DNA of 64,000 bases from IMG/VR virus record IMGVR_UViG_3300013094_000017, positions 1 through 64,000 of that record. One strand, written 5' to 3'. Shown here piece by piece: positions 24,274 through 33,755 of this stretch. The notes under the pieces were generated by a model that saw only the letters and a list, made by a program, of their open reading frames with translations, was not told the origin of the DNA and did not search any database. The first letter of the stretch is position 1. Each line of letters starts with the position of its first letter. The position numbers were made by a program, and so were the translations under genes.

Positions 24274-25295
24274 AAAAAATTGGCTTTGCTTGTAAGTGGA
24301 TTGACAGTACAGATCAGGTTAATGGTATTAAACCTACAGATGATGCTAAACAGTACAATACTGGTAGCACTACTGTGGCTTGGCTTAATCGACAAACACG
24401 TGATGTAGCTGAACAAAAGCTATGGGACCTAATGGTCCAAAATATCGAAAGTACACATAAATTAATCAACAAGGTTGGAGCATTAGATGAATCGCTTAGG
24501 ATGGTTCGTATCAGCAGTGATATATTACCAGTATATACAGAGTCTACTTGGAGTTATTTTTGGCGCCGCCCTGACGTCCGCAATTATTGTGAACAAGCGT
24601 TCGCTCAAGTGGGTAGCAGTGCTCGTAGCCTTGGGGTGCGCTTATCTTTTCATCCGGGTCAATTCACTGTTTTGGCAAGCGACAATCCAGACATTGTCCA
24701 GCGCAGCATAGAAGAGTTTGAATACCATGCAGACATGATTCGCATGATGGGCTATGGTCAAAAGTTCCAAGACTTTAAATGTAACGTGCATATTGCAGGT
24801 CGTCTAGGCTATCAAGGTATACTAGATGTGTACCCTAAACTAAGTGTTGAAGCACGTAACACTATTACTATTGAAAACGAGGAGATGAAACATGGTCTTG
24901 ATGATTGCCTCAATCTTGTCGATACTTTACCTATTGTTCTTGATATCCACCACCATTGGGTCCGCGAAGGGCATTACATTGATCTTAAGGATGCCAGAAT
25001 TGCACGCATTCTTGACAGTTGGCGCGGCCTGCGTCCTACGCTACACTATTCTGTATCCAGAGAAGACGTTCTCACCGCTCATTCATCTAGTACAGCTCCT
25101 AACCACAGCCTACTACTAGAGCAAGGCTACAAGAAAAGTAAGATGCGTGCGCACAGTGACTTCTATTGGAATACTGCGGTCAATGATTGGGCTCTTAGTT
25201 TCTTAGACAAGTTTGATATCATGTGCGAGGCAAAAGGAAAAAATTTAGCATCGTTTGCTCTTCACACTCGTGCTAAGGAACTTGGGCTCGTTTAG
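24270..25295 (+). CDS. uvsE: UV DNA damage endonuclease (UVDE)
   Basis: IGFACK, RISSDILP, RLSFHPGQFTVLAS, IENEE, VLDIHHHW, LHYS and RAHSD. Confidence 0.92.
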   Translation: MKKIGFACKWIDSTDQVNGIKPTDDAKQYNTGSTTVAWLNRQTRDVAEQKLWDLMVQNIESTHKLINKVGALDESLRMVRISSDILPVYTESTWSYFWRRPDVRNYCEQAFAQVGSSARSLGVRLSFHPGQFTVLASDNPDIVQRSIEEFEYHADMIRMMGYGQKFQDFKCNVHIAGRLGYQGILDVYPKLSVEARNTITIENEEMKHGLDDCLNLVDTLPIVLDIHHHWVREGHYIDLKDARIARILDSWRGLRPTLHYSVSREDVLTAHSSSTAPNHSLLLEQGYKKSKMRAHSDFYWNTAVNDWALSFLDKFDIMCEAKGKNLASFALHTRAKELGLV

Positions 25296-25851
25296 CTTCC
25301 CAATATTTGAGCATAGATTGTCGTTTCTTTTCTAATGCTTCAGGTGTATGTTTTCTACCTTTGTTTGATTTTCCTAACTCAGAAACTTGCTTCTTTCTAT
25401 CAAGATTATCTACCCAATTTTTCTTAGAAGATTCTGTCCAGACTTTTTGATGTTCTTCACTTCTCGGTTTTGGAATACCTTTACAAGATTCTGATAAATT
25501 CTTTTTGTGCTCGTTGCTGCGTGGGGGTTTTTTGGTGCCTGTTAGTTTCTTGCTAATAACATCTCTTACCTCTTGACTTGGTGATTGACCATCTCCACCA
25601 TATGTTAAGTTTACAAGAGATCCACCATCTTGTTTTAGCCCATATTGCTGTATGAGTTTTTTCTCTAGATCAAATGCTTCTTTTTCAGATAAGTGCTCGT
25701 AAAGAATTTGTATCTTACTATCATCTTTAGGTTTAATGTCAGCACCATTAGATCTTTTATGCGATACCCACGCACGATCTAATTTACCTTTTCCGATGTA
25801 GTAAGGTGTGTTATCTTCTCTTATATATTGATAAACGTAGTAAATATTCAT
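25273..25851 (-). CDS. GIY-YIG homing endonuclease with NUMOD3 repeats
   Basis: YYVYQY...PYYIGKG..R. TAAATA at 25857-62 on the - strand. Convergent and overlapping the uvsE end. Confidence 0.85.
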   Translation of the reverse strand: MNIYYVYQYIREDNTPYYIGKGKLDRAWVSHKRSNGADIKPKDDSKIQILYEHLSEKEAFDLEKKLIQQYGLKQDGGSLVNLTYGGDGQSPSQEVRDVISKKLTGTKKPPRSNEHKKNLSESCKGIPKPRSEEHQKVWTESSKKNWVDNLDRKKQVSELGKSNKGRKHTPEALEKKRQSMLKYWEAKRAQVP

Positions 25852-25887
25852 ATAGTTATTTATCACATTATGTGTGAAACTAAACTT

Positions 25888-25916
25888 ATTGACAATCTAA
25901 TAATTAGATGTTATAA
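25888..25916 (+). promoter_or_regulatory. sigma70-type promoter
   Basis: TTGACA-N17-TATAAT; the spacer forms an inverted repeat. Confidence 0.8.
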
Positions 25917-25950
25917 TACTAACATACGCTAAAGAAAAAGGAATAATTTA

Positions 25951-26178
25951 ATGGCCTCTGGGTGGTGGGGTAGTCCAAACTGGGCCGCAGACTGGCATCC
26001 GTGGTCCTGGTATTCGAAGTTTGCTTGGTTTCCTCGAAAAATGGACAGCGGTCATTGGCTTTGGCTTAAAGAATACTATCACGGTCTTAGATTAATCACC
26101 GGCCCCGGCGAGCCTGTGGTCTTACATCAATATATGACACCTCAACAATATACCTGGCACTGTCTAACACAGAGATAA
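25951..26178 (+). CDS. Trp-rich hypothetical protein
   Basis: ORF track, AAAGGA RBS. Confidence 0.65.
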   Translation: MASGWWGSPNWAADWHPWSWYSKFAWFPRKMDSGHWLWLKEYYHGLRLITGPGEPVVLHQYMTPQQYTWHCLTQR

Positions 26179-26293
26179 ATATTGCTGAGCGGTCAATAGG
26201 GCATCCGAGGATCCGCAAGCTATGAATTTTCCCTATTTCTTTTTTCAGCACAGCCAATGTGGCTAAACGGTAAATCGGCGCTCACTAAACATT

Positions 26294-26839
26294 ATGTATA
26301 ACTTTATCAGACAAATAACAGAAGGCAGACTAGGAAAAACACTTGAACGTGTTAAGTTAGCCTATCCACTCGACGGCCTGGGCAAAAGCCTTAGCAAACA
26401 AGCATTAGAATATCATTACGGTAAGTTATACAAGGCCTACTGCGATCGTTATAACGCAGGAGAAGGTGATGCAGACTTTAACGAAGCTGGTGCATACCTA
26501 CATTCGATCTACTTTAGTCAGTTCCGTGCGCCAAAAGGCAGCAACAAGCCAGACGGTAGTGTGTTAACTCTTATTGAAGAACATTTCAAATCTTGGGAGA
26601 AGTTCCAAGAGGCCTTTGAAAAAGCCGCAATGGCTATCCAAGGCAGTGGTTGGGTTTATCTTGCCAAAGATGGCGAAATTAAGACCATAAAAAACCACCA
26701 GATCAAAAAGGACATTGTAATCCTTGTTGACTGGTGGGAACATTCGTTTTGCATCGACTACCAGGCTGATAAAAAGGCCTATCTCAACAATCAATGGAAG
26801 ATCATTGATTGGTCTATAATCAACGCTAGACTTACTTAG
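26294..26839 (+). CDS. sod: Fe/Mn superoxide dismutase
   Basis: YHYGK..AY, LHSIYF, GSGWVYL and DWWEH. All four metal ligands are present. Confidence 0.88.
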   Translation: MYNFIRQITEGRLGKTLERVKLAYPLDGLGKSLSKQALEYHYGKLYKAYCDRYNAGEGDADFNEAGAYLHSIYFSQFRAPKGSNKPDGSVLTLIEEHFKSWEKFQEAFEKAAMAIQGSGWVYLAKDGEIKTIKNHQIKKDIVILVDWWEHSFCIDYQADKKAYLNNQWKIIDWSIINARLT

Positions 26840-27137
26840 TTTTCTTAGCCTTTGGTGCTTTTGGTGCTGCTGGTTTATTAGCACTAGTAGGTGTCTTAAC
26901 TGCGCCATTTCCGCCTTTAGCCTTGCCTTCTGCCACTGCTGGTTTAGCAGTTTTCAAAGTCTTAACAGCAACCGGAGCCTTTGGTGTACGTGGTTTACGT
27001 GCAGGTTTAGCTGTTGGAATATATGTTGCTACTGGCGTTGCTTCAACTACAGGTGCTACAGGTGCTTCAACTTTATAAGGCGCTGCCGTTGCAACAACAG
27101 GTTTACCAAATAAAAGTTCTTTAAGTTTCTTTAACAT
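26832..27137 (-). CDS. Ala/Lys/Pro-rich histone-like basic protein
   Basis: Low-complexity PAAPKAPKAKK C-terminus, AGGAAA RBS and upstream TAAATA. Confidence 0.7.
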   Translation of the reverse strand: MLKKLKELLFGKPVVATAAPYKVEAPVAPVVEATPVATYIPTAKPARKPRTPKAPVAVKTLKTAKPAVAEGKAKGGNGAVKTPTSANKPAAPKAPKAKKTK

Positions 27138-27237
27138 CGTGTATTTCCTCATGAAAAAATTTACTGTGTATTTAATATCAATAAATATCAGAAACAATAT
27201 TCTTGATTATAAGGTCGCAATACTATATAATATAACA

Positions 27238-27966
27238 ATGCTTAAAATAAAACATCTAACAACAGCAGTAGACGAACAAGAATTAATCAACGATATTTCA
27301 TTAGAAGTGAAAGCTGGCCAAATACACGCTATTATGGGGCCGGCACATTCTGGGAAATCTTATCTAGTACATTCAATACTTGGCGTACAATCAGTCGCAA
27401 CCAAAGAAGGTACTATTACGTTCAATAAGAAATCAATTGCCGATAAGAACGTATATGAACGAAGTTTATTAGGTATATTTGCTAGTTGGCAAGATCCTCC
27501 AGTTATAGACTTTGTTACTAATTTCGAGCTGGCCAAGATAATCCTTAGCGCACATAATGATCCAAGAACCCCAAATGACATTGAAAAGGATTATAAGGCA
27601 TTATGTGCTAAATTAGGTCTTAGTTCAAATCACGGCCATAAGATGGTCAATCACGATTCGTTGACCGTCACAGAACGCAAGAAGAATGAGATACTACACA
27701 TGTGGTTATTAGATCCAGAACTGATTGTATTGGATGAGATCGATGCCGGAGTCGAATCAGACGAATTAGAAACTATTGCAAAAAGTATTAAAACATTTCT
27801 TATAGACAAGACCAAAGCCGCAATTATTGTCACGCATAGCCAAAAGTTATTAGACATCTTAGAACCTACACATGTTCATGTTATGGTAGATGGCGAGATC
27901 CGTGAAACAGGATCAACTGAATTATATAAAAGGATCGTAGAAGATGGCTATACACAGTTTTCTTAA
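27238..27966 (+). CDS. sufC: SufC-like ABC ATPase (degenerate signature motif)
   Basis: HAIMGPAHSGKS Walker A, LDEIDAG Walker B, IIVTH, P.HVHVMVDG.I..TG. Confidence 0.75.
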   Translation: MLKIKHLTTAVDEQELINDISLEVKAGQIHAIMGPAHSGKSYLVHSILGVQSVATKEGTITFNKKSIADKNVYERSLLGIFASWQDPPVIDFVTNFELAKIILSAHNDPRTPNDIEKDYKALCAKLGLSSNHGHKMVNHDSLTVTERKKNEILHMWLLDPELIVLDEIDAGVESDELETIAKSIKTFLIDKTKAAIIVTHSQKLLDILEPTHVHVMVDGEIRETGSTELYKRIVEDGYTQFS

Positions 27967-28768
27967 AGCAGAGCGTGGAGACCCGGATTGGCAGTTTAGT
28001 CCGGAAGAGTATTTTGATAGAGAATTTAAGATCCTCGATGCCGCCATGGTCGAACTCGATGAAGATCAATCGGATCAAGTAGTATTACGTCAAACGCCAA
28101 CTGAAAAAGAATTATTAGCAAAACATTTAAAGATCTTTGTTCGTTCAGGTGCAACACTTGATATTAATATCTTAAATGAAATGGATGCTGAATTACAGCA
28201 GGTATTCTTGTATGACGTGCATTTAAAGCCCGGTGCTATGCTTAATCTTGGTATATATGCCAAGAATGGCAAACTTAACAAACACATTGTACAGGTTTAT
28301 CAAGAAGAAGGGTCAATCTTTAGTTCATATGGTCTTATCTATAATGATTGTGCAGGTGACACCGAGATAGTGACCAAGATCATGCATCAGGGTGCAAACT
28401 CAGTTAGCAGTCAATCATTTATGGGAATAGCAGGAGGCGAGAGCCAAACTGTGTATCAAAGCATTGCAGTGGTAGATCCTGAGGGCGTTAATGCTAATAT
28501 TGGCATTGAAAGTTCTAATCTAGTAATTGATCCAACAGGCCGTTGCTATTCTAAACCCGAAACATTTATCAACTCTGACTATGTTAATTCGGGATATGCT
28601 TCAGAAACAGGTAATCTCAGCTTTGAAAAGATCAGTTACTTAGAAAGCAGAGGTATCGAATACCACGCTGCACGCAAATTAATCATATCCGCATTTAGAG
28701 ATCAAGCAATTGATCTTATCCCACACGAAAATATCAGAGAAGAACTACGCGACATGTACACTGACTAG
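27944..28768 (+). CDS. sufD: SufD/SufB-like beta-helix protein
   Basis: Follows sufC. S.PE..I..D.V..G.ASETG and YLESRGI....ARKLII.AF resemble the SufBD C-terminus. Confidence 0.65.
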   Translation: MAIHSFLKAERGDPDWQFSPEEYFDREFKILDAAMVELDEDQSDQVVLRQTPTEKELLAKHLKIFVRSGATLDINILNEMDAELQQVFLYDVHLKPGAMLNLGIYAKNGKLNKHIVQVYQEEGSIFSSYGLIYNDCAGDTEIVTKIMHQGANSVSSQSFMGIAGGESQTVYQSIAVVDPEGVNANIGIESSNLVIDPTGRCYSKPETFINSDYVNSGYASETGNLSFEKISYLESRGIEYHAARKLIISAFRDQAIDLIPHENIREELRDMYTD

Positions 28769-28811
28769 TGTATCCTACAGTCTGTCCAATCACTAAGGTT
28801 TTAGTTTTAGG

Positions 28812-28853
28812 TAAATACCTTAGTGATGTTATAAGCCAAATCTACGGTAAATA
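28812..28853 (+). promoter_or_regulatory. Tandem late-type TAAATA promoters
   Basis: TAAATA at 28812 and 28848, upstream of the structural operon. Confidence 0.6.
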
Positions 28854-28871
28854 TAGCAATAGAGGACAGAC

Positions 28872-31800
28872 ATGAGTAAGCAAATAATCAAGATTGGAAC
28901 CCAAAGTAATGACGGTACAGGTGATAGTATCCGTGATGCGTTTAATAAAGCCAATCAAAACTTTAGCGAATTATATAGTTTATCGGGTGCAGAGAATGGT
29001 CTGTACTTTACTAAGAATCTAGTAGATACTCCTAAGACCTTAACAGCAGATACGTTAACCAATGCTGCTTCAATTATTGGGGTCAATATACTAGGCAATA
29101 GTTTAACTAACAAGATATTAGTAGCAGGTACAGGAATATCAATTGTATCAACTGGCTCTAACATCTATATCAGCAACACTGCTTCAAACTTATTTTCCGA
29201 TCCTGCTCCAACTTTAAGTGCTACACTTAATGGTAATAATCAATATGCTATTAACTTTAATGATCCTGTAAATCCTAAAGATCTTGCCAACAAAGAATAT
29301 GTTGACAAAACTTCATTTGCCAGTTCAATTAATCTATTTGTCAGTCTTTCAGGATCTGACACTAATGATATAACCTTTGGTGATCCTACTTCAGGCGGCA
29401 AAGGTGGTAGAGCATTGGCCTATGCTTTCAAATCAATCAATAAAGCATGTCAAGTAGCAGAAAAATTAGTTGCACAATCTAATTTAGAATTAGGTCCTGA
29501 TCAAAAATATATCACATACGGTCAGGCTAATAACGAATCTCTCATCCAAACTATTACTACCAGCACACGTATTCCGGGTAATCTTGTACTAAATGTAAAC
29601 TACACTGGCAACGGCACAAATGCATGGATTGAAAATGATATCCACCCAGGTCAATATGTTAAAGGTATGACCAGCGGTGCTATTGGATTTATTGATTATC
29701 TTTCTAATCAAGGTACCAACGGAGCATACGAATCTTACGATGTTAAAGTAATTGCACAGACTCCTCCAAAGACATTCCAAGCTAACGAACCTTTAATGTA
29801 TGGTAATCCGGTTGTTCTTTCGAATATTACAATTATAGTCGAGTCAGGCATCTATGAAGAGCATCTTCCAATTAAAGTTCCAGCAAATACCTCTATTCGC
29901 GGTGACGAATTCCGCCGTGTAATTATTAGACCAAAAGCAGGATTGGCCAGTACTAGTCCTTGGGTAGGAACATATTTCTACAGAGATAAGACATTTGACG
30001 GTTTGTCTGTTGCAACAACCGGAACATTAAGCGTAAATGGTAACGGATACTTTGGATATCATTATCTAGTAGATCCTACTAAACCATACGACCCTATTAC
30101 CAATCCGGGAAAAAATAACGAATTACTAGATGTATTGTTAATGAACGATCAAACGATCTTGCGTGCTGTCAGCGGCCAAGGTCACGGTGGATTCATGGTG
30201 GTCTTAGATCCAGAAGGTCAAATCTTAACCAAATCACCATACATCCAAAATTGTTCAAGTATCGCTAGATCACTTAATACACAAACATTTGCCGGTGGTA
30301 TGTATATCGACGGTATGGTCGGAAACTTGCAGGCATATCCAACTAATACTTCTACATTCTTTACTGGTACAACTACAATTAGCGTAACAGGATTAACTAT
30401 TAGACAACCACAGGTTCCTTGTAGATTCGTTGTTAACGGTGTAGGATACGAAGTTGATTATGTAGAAGGTTGGTCAACAGACGGCAATGCTATACTACAT
30501 CTTAACCCAAATAATCCAGGTGGTGTTAGTTATTATAATGGAATTATTCCTGTTAATTCAGGAACAGGATACACATCTGCTCCAACGGTACAATTTTCAT
30601 CACCACAGAGTGCAGGAGGAGTTGTTGCTCAAGGAACTGCTACTGTCGTTGGCGGTGTATTAACTCAAATTAATATTTCAAATCCAGGATCTGGATATAC
30701 TGCTACTCCAACTGTAACCCTTACAGGTGGTGGATATGCTACTCCTGCTACAGTAACATTATCTAGTTCAACTATACAAAAAGGATTTATTGGCAACCTA
30801 CCGTCAGTTATTGAAATCGGCACTGCTGGGTATCGTTCAGCACTTGCAGCAGACTTTACACAACTTAACGATCTAGGATACGGTGTTGTTGTAACTAACC
30901 TTGCGTTCTCAGAATTAGTATCTGTATTCACATACTTCTGTCATGCTGGTTATTATGCTAACAACGGTGCGCAAATTGGTTCATCAAACGGTGCTATCAA
31001 GTATGGTGATTATGCTTTAATATCAAACGGATCTGATACGCTGGAAGTACCAATTCCTATACGATTATCTAACAGCATGATCACTACTGCTACAGTAGTA
31101 AGTCAATCAAATACTTGGGGACTATACACAATAAACACAGCAAGTGATACTACTTTATATGTCAGCAACTGGGCATACGTTCCAAATAGTCAATCTATTA
31201 TGACTGTAGATCACGGCACTGCTACCTACGCCAATGGACAAGTAATTGGTAGACAAGACTATACAATCAGTAGTGCTAACACAGTTACAAATACCAGCAC
31301 CATTGTACAACTTAATTTAAGTACTGCGGCTGGCTCATTAGGTGGTCTTCTTGCACCAATCGCTGATGGCACCAGCGTAATTATTAGAGCTAACAAGACC
31401 TTTACATTCTCAGGTGTAGATACTACCACAATTACAAGACCAGGTACTGCTTTAGATTTCACTGAATCACAATCGATAGCCTATCAAGTGTTAACATATG
31501 ATACCGCTGGACAAGCAGCCGGTGTAGCTAATGTGGCCCTGAAAGAGCCATTTAACTACATAAGTTTAATTCCATATACTACCGCTACTACAGGAACCAC
31601 TGTATTACACATTGTTGCTCCTTCAACTAGCACCGGAATAACTACAGCTATCTCAGATAGTCAACGTTTAAACAATGCAGTATTATCTGCAGATACTACA
31701 GACAACTATATATTTGGTTGGAATAACCAAATACATACTATCACAGGATTTAATTGGTTAGGTAACAACACTGCTACTATTACAATTACTCCTGCGTTAA

Positions 31801-33752
31801 CCGCAGTAGTTCCAGCAAATGTATCAAACAATACACTATATGCCGGCTTACAATCTAATCGCCCTGCTGAAATTTCAACAAGAATTTCATTATTAAGAGC
31901 AACAGGACACGATTTTGTGGACGTAGGTACAGGTGGGCGCGAATCATCTAATATACCAAACGACATCTACGGACCTCCAAGAATTCCTCGCAATTCATCT
32001 AACGAAGTTATTCAATCTGGCAGAGGTCGTGTATTTGTTACAGCCACTGACCAAAACGGTAATTTCCGTGTTGGTGATCTGTTTGAGATCAATCAAGGCA
32101 CAGGCGAAGCAACATTAAGTGCGTCAATATCATTAACTGGCATTACTGGATTAGGTTTTGAGTCTGGCGTGATTGTTCATAGATTTGACGACAGTAATAG
32201 CACTATGAATCCAGCAGGACACGATGTTGTTCCTACACAATTTGCAGTAACTGAATATGTAGATCGTCGTCTAGGATTAACAGTAGCAGGTGGTGTTAGA
32301 GGTGACAAACTAGATTCTGGTTATTTAGATTTAACTGGTATTCAAGCAATGACCGGTGCTCTTAATATGGGCAGCACTGCTACAGGATACATTTATAATC
32401 TACAAACTCCACCATATGGCATTAATACCACTGCAACATATTATGCTACTAACAAAGTTTATGTAGATACTAACGATGCATTAAGAGTAGCAAAAGCCGG
32501 CGATACAATGTCAGGCACGTTAATTCTGTCACGTGATCCAGTTTATACTGATCCGATGACACAGGCAACCACTCGTCATTACGTTGATCAATATAGACAG
32601 GTAAGTGTATTAAGTGACGTTGCTTTAAACAATGTAGCTGATACTGATCTATTAATGTTTGCTGGATCTTTAAGTGTAAACACAGCAACTAGCCAACCAA
32701 TATGGAATGCTACTCGTCAGATCATAAACGTTACTAATAGTTCAACATCTAATATTGCTATTACACGCTCAGGAAATACAGCGGCGCTATCAATTAAAGC
32801 AGGTAACATTATTGATTCTATGATTAGTTCTAGTGCTGCTATTGCACAGACTAAACTAGCATTGAATACTGCTAACGTATTTGGCAATCAAGCAGGTAGT
32901 GTTGGCAATCTTGGAGTTTCTGCGTTTGATTCTGCGTTCTTTAAAGCCAATAGCGGATTTATATCCCTAGCAGCCGGTACTGGAAATACTCCTAATGCTG
33001 TTATAGTGTCTGATGGGTCAGGAATAGTTTCTTGGCAATCAATTGCAACAGTAGTCAGCGGAGCAACAGTTAGCACATCTACCTATGCTGTACAATTACA
33101 AACAGCAAGAACTATTAACGGTGTATCATTTAACGGTACAGCGAACCTTACTAATGTTCCAGTAGCCAACGGATTAACAGCAGGATCTTACCTGTTATCA
33201 AACAACCTTAACGCATTTACTGGTAGCACTGCTACTACATTCTCAGTTAATGCTTCTACAGATACTACTGCTAATACCATTGTTGCTAGAGATTCATCAG
33301 GTAACATTACTGCCAACGGTTGGACAGGCAATTTACATGTAACTGGTCAGATCACAGCTACCAACAGTATTACATCGTTTGGCGCTGACGTTGCTGAAAA
33401 ATATATTGCTGATGCCGACTACGAACCAGGTACTGTGGTAGTGTTTGGTGGTGCAAACGAAATTACTATTTCAACTGAACACATGGATCGTAGAGTTGCT
33501 GGTGTTATTTCAACTGATCCAGGTTATTTAATGAACGTTGGAAGTTCTGGCTTGCCAGTAGCATTACAAGGACGGGTACCTTGTAAGGTTGTAGGTTTGA
33601 TCTACAAGGGCGATATGATGATTAGCTCAGGTACTCCGGGAGTTGCAATGGCTGAAAATAATCCTAAGATGGGTACAGTAATAGGTAAAGCATTAGAAGA
33701 TTACCATAGCACAGAGGTTGGTACAATCGAAGTTGTTGTAGGAAGATTATAA
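28872..33752 (+). CDS. Large baseplate wedge/tail fibre-like virion protein (1626 aa)
   Basis: N-terminal IGTQSNDGTGDSIRDAFNKANQNFSELY (T4 gp9/gp10-like). GSGYT repeats, Thr/Gly/Ser richness, and C-terminal DVAEKY...GTVVVFGG...GRVPCKV.G (autocleaving chaperone-like). Confidence 0.8.
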   Translation: MSKQIIKIGTQSNDGTGDSIRDAFNKANQNFSELYSLSGAENGLYFTKNLVDTPKTLTADTLTNAASIIGVNILGNSLTNKILVAGTGISIVSTGSNIYISNTASNLFSDPAPTLSATLNGNNQYAINFNDPVNPKDLANKEYVDKTSFASSINLFVSLSGSDTNDITFGDPTSGGKGGRALAYAFKSINKACQVAEKLVAQSNLELGPDQKYITYGQANNESLIQTITTSTRIPGNLVLNVNYTGNGTNAWIENDIHPGQYVKGMTSGAIGFIDYLSNQGTNGAYESYDVKVIAQTPPKTFQANEPLMYGNPVVLSNITIIVESGIYEEHLPIKVPANTSIRGDEFRRVIIRPKAGLASTSPWVGTYFYRDKTFDGLSVATTGTLSVNGNGYFGYHYLVDPTKPYDPITNPGKNNELLDVLLMNDQTILRAVSGQGHGGFMVVLDPEGQILTKSPYIQNCSSIARSLNTQTFAGGMYIDGMVGNLQAYPTNTSTFFTGTTTISVTGLTIRQPQVPCRFVVNGVGYEVDYVEGWSTDGNAILHLNPNNPGGVSYYNGIIPVNSGTGYTSAPTVQFSSPQSAGGVVAQGTATVVGGVLTQINISNPGSGYTATPTVTLTGGGYATPATVTLSSSTIQKGFIGNLPSVIEIGTAGYRSALAADFTQLNDLGYGVVVTNLAFSELVSVFTYFCHAGYYANNGAQIGSSNGAIKYGDYALISNGSDTLEVPIPIRLSNSMITTATVVSQSNTWGLYTINTASDTTLYVSNWAYVPNSQSIMTVDHGTATYANGQVIGRQDYTISSANTVTNTSTIVQLNLSTAAGSLGGLLAPIADGTSVIIRANKTFTFSGVDTTTITRPGTALDFTESQSIAYQVLTYDTAGQAAGVANVALKEPFNYISLIPYTTATTGTTVLHIVAPSTSTGITTAISDSQRLNNAVLSADTTDNYIFGWNNQIHTITGFNWLGNNTATITITPALTAVVPANVSNNTLYAGLQSNRPAEISTRISLLRATGHDFVDVGTGGRESSNIPNDIYGPPRIPRNSSNEVIQSGRGRVFVTATDQNGNFRVGDLFEINQGTGEATLSASISLTGITGLGFESGVIVHRFDDSNSTMNPAGHDVVPTQFAVTEYVDRRLGLTVAGGVRGDKLDSGYLDLTGIQAMTGALNMGSTATGYIYNLQTPPYGINTTATYYATNKVYVDTNDALRVAKAGDTMSGTLILSRDPVYTDPMTQATTRHYVDQYRQVSVLSDVALNNVADTDLLMFAGSLSVNTATSQPIWNATRQIINVTNSSTSNIAITRSGNTAALSIKAGNIIDSMISSSAAIAQTKLALNTANVFGNQAGSVGNLGVSAFDSAFFKANSGFISLAAGTGNTPNAVIVSDGSGIVSWQSIATVVSGATVSTSTYAVQLQTARTINGVSFNGTANLTNVPVANGLTAGSYLLSNNLNAFTGSTATTFSVNASTDTTANTIVARDSSGNITANGWTGNLHVTGQITATNSITSFGADVAEKYIADADYEPGTVVVFGGANEITISTEHMDRRVAGVISTDPGYLMNVGSSGLPVALQGRVPCKVVGLIYKGDMMISSGTPGVAMAENNPKMGTVIGKALEDYHSTEVGTIEVVVGRL

Positions 33753-33755
33753 AAT

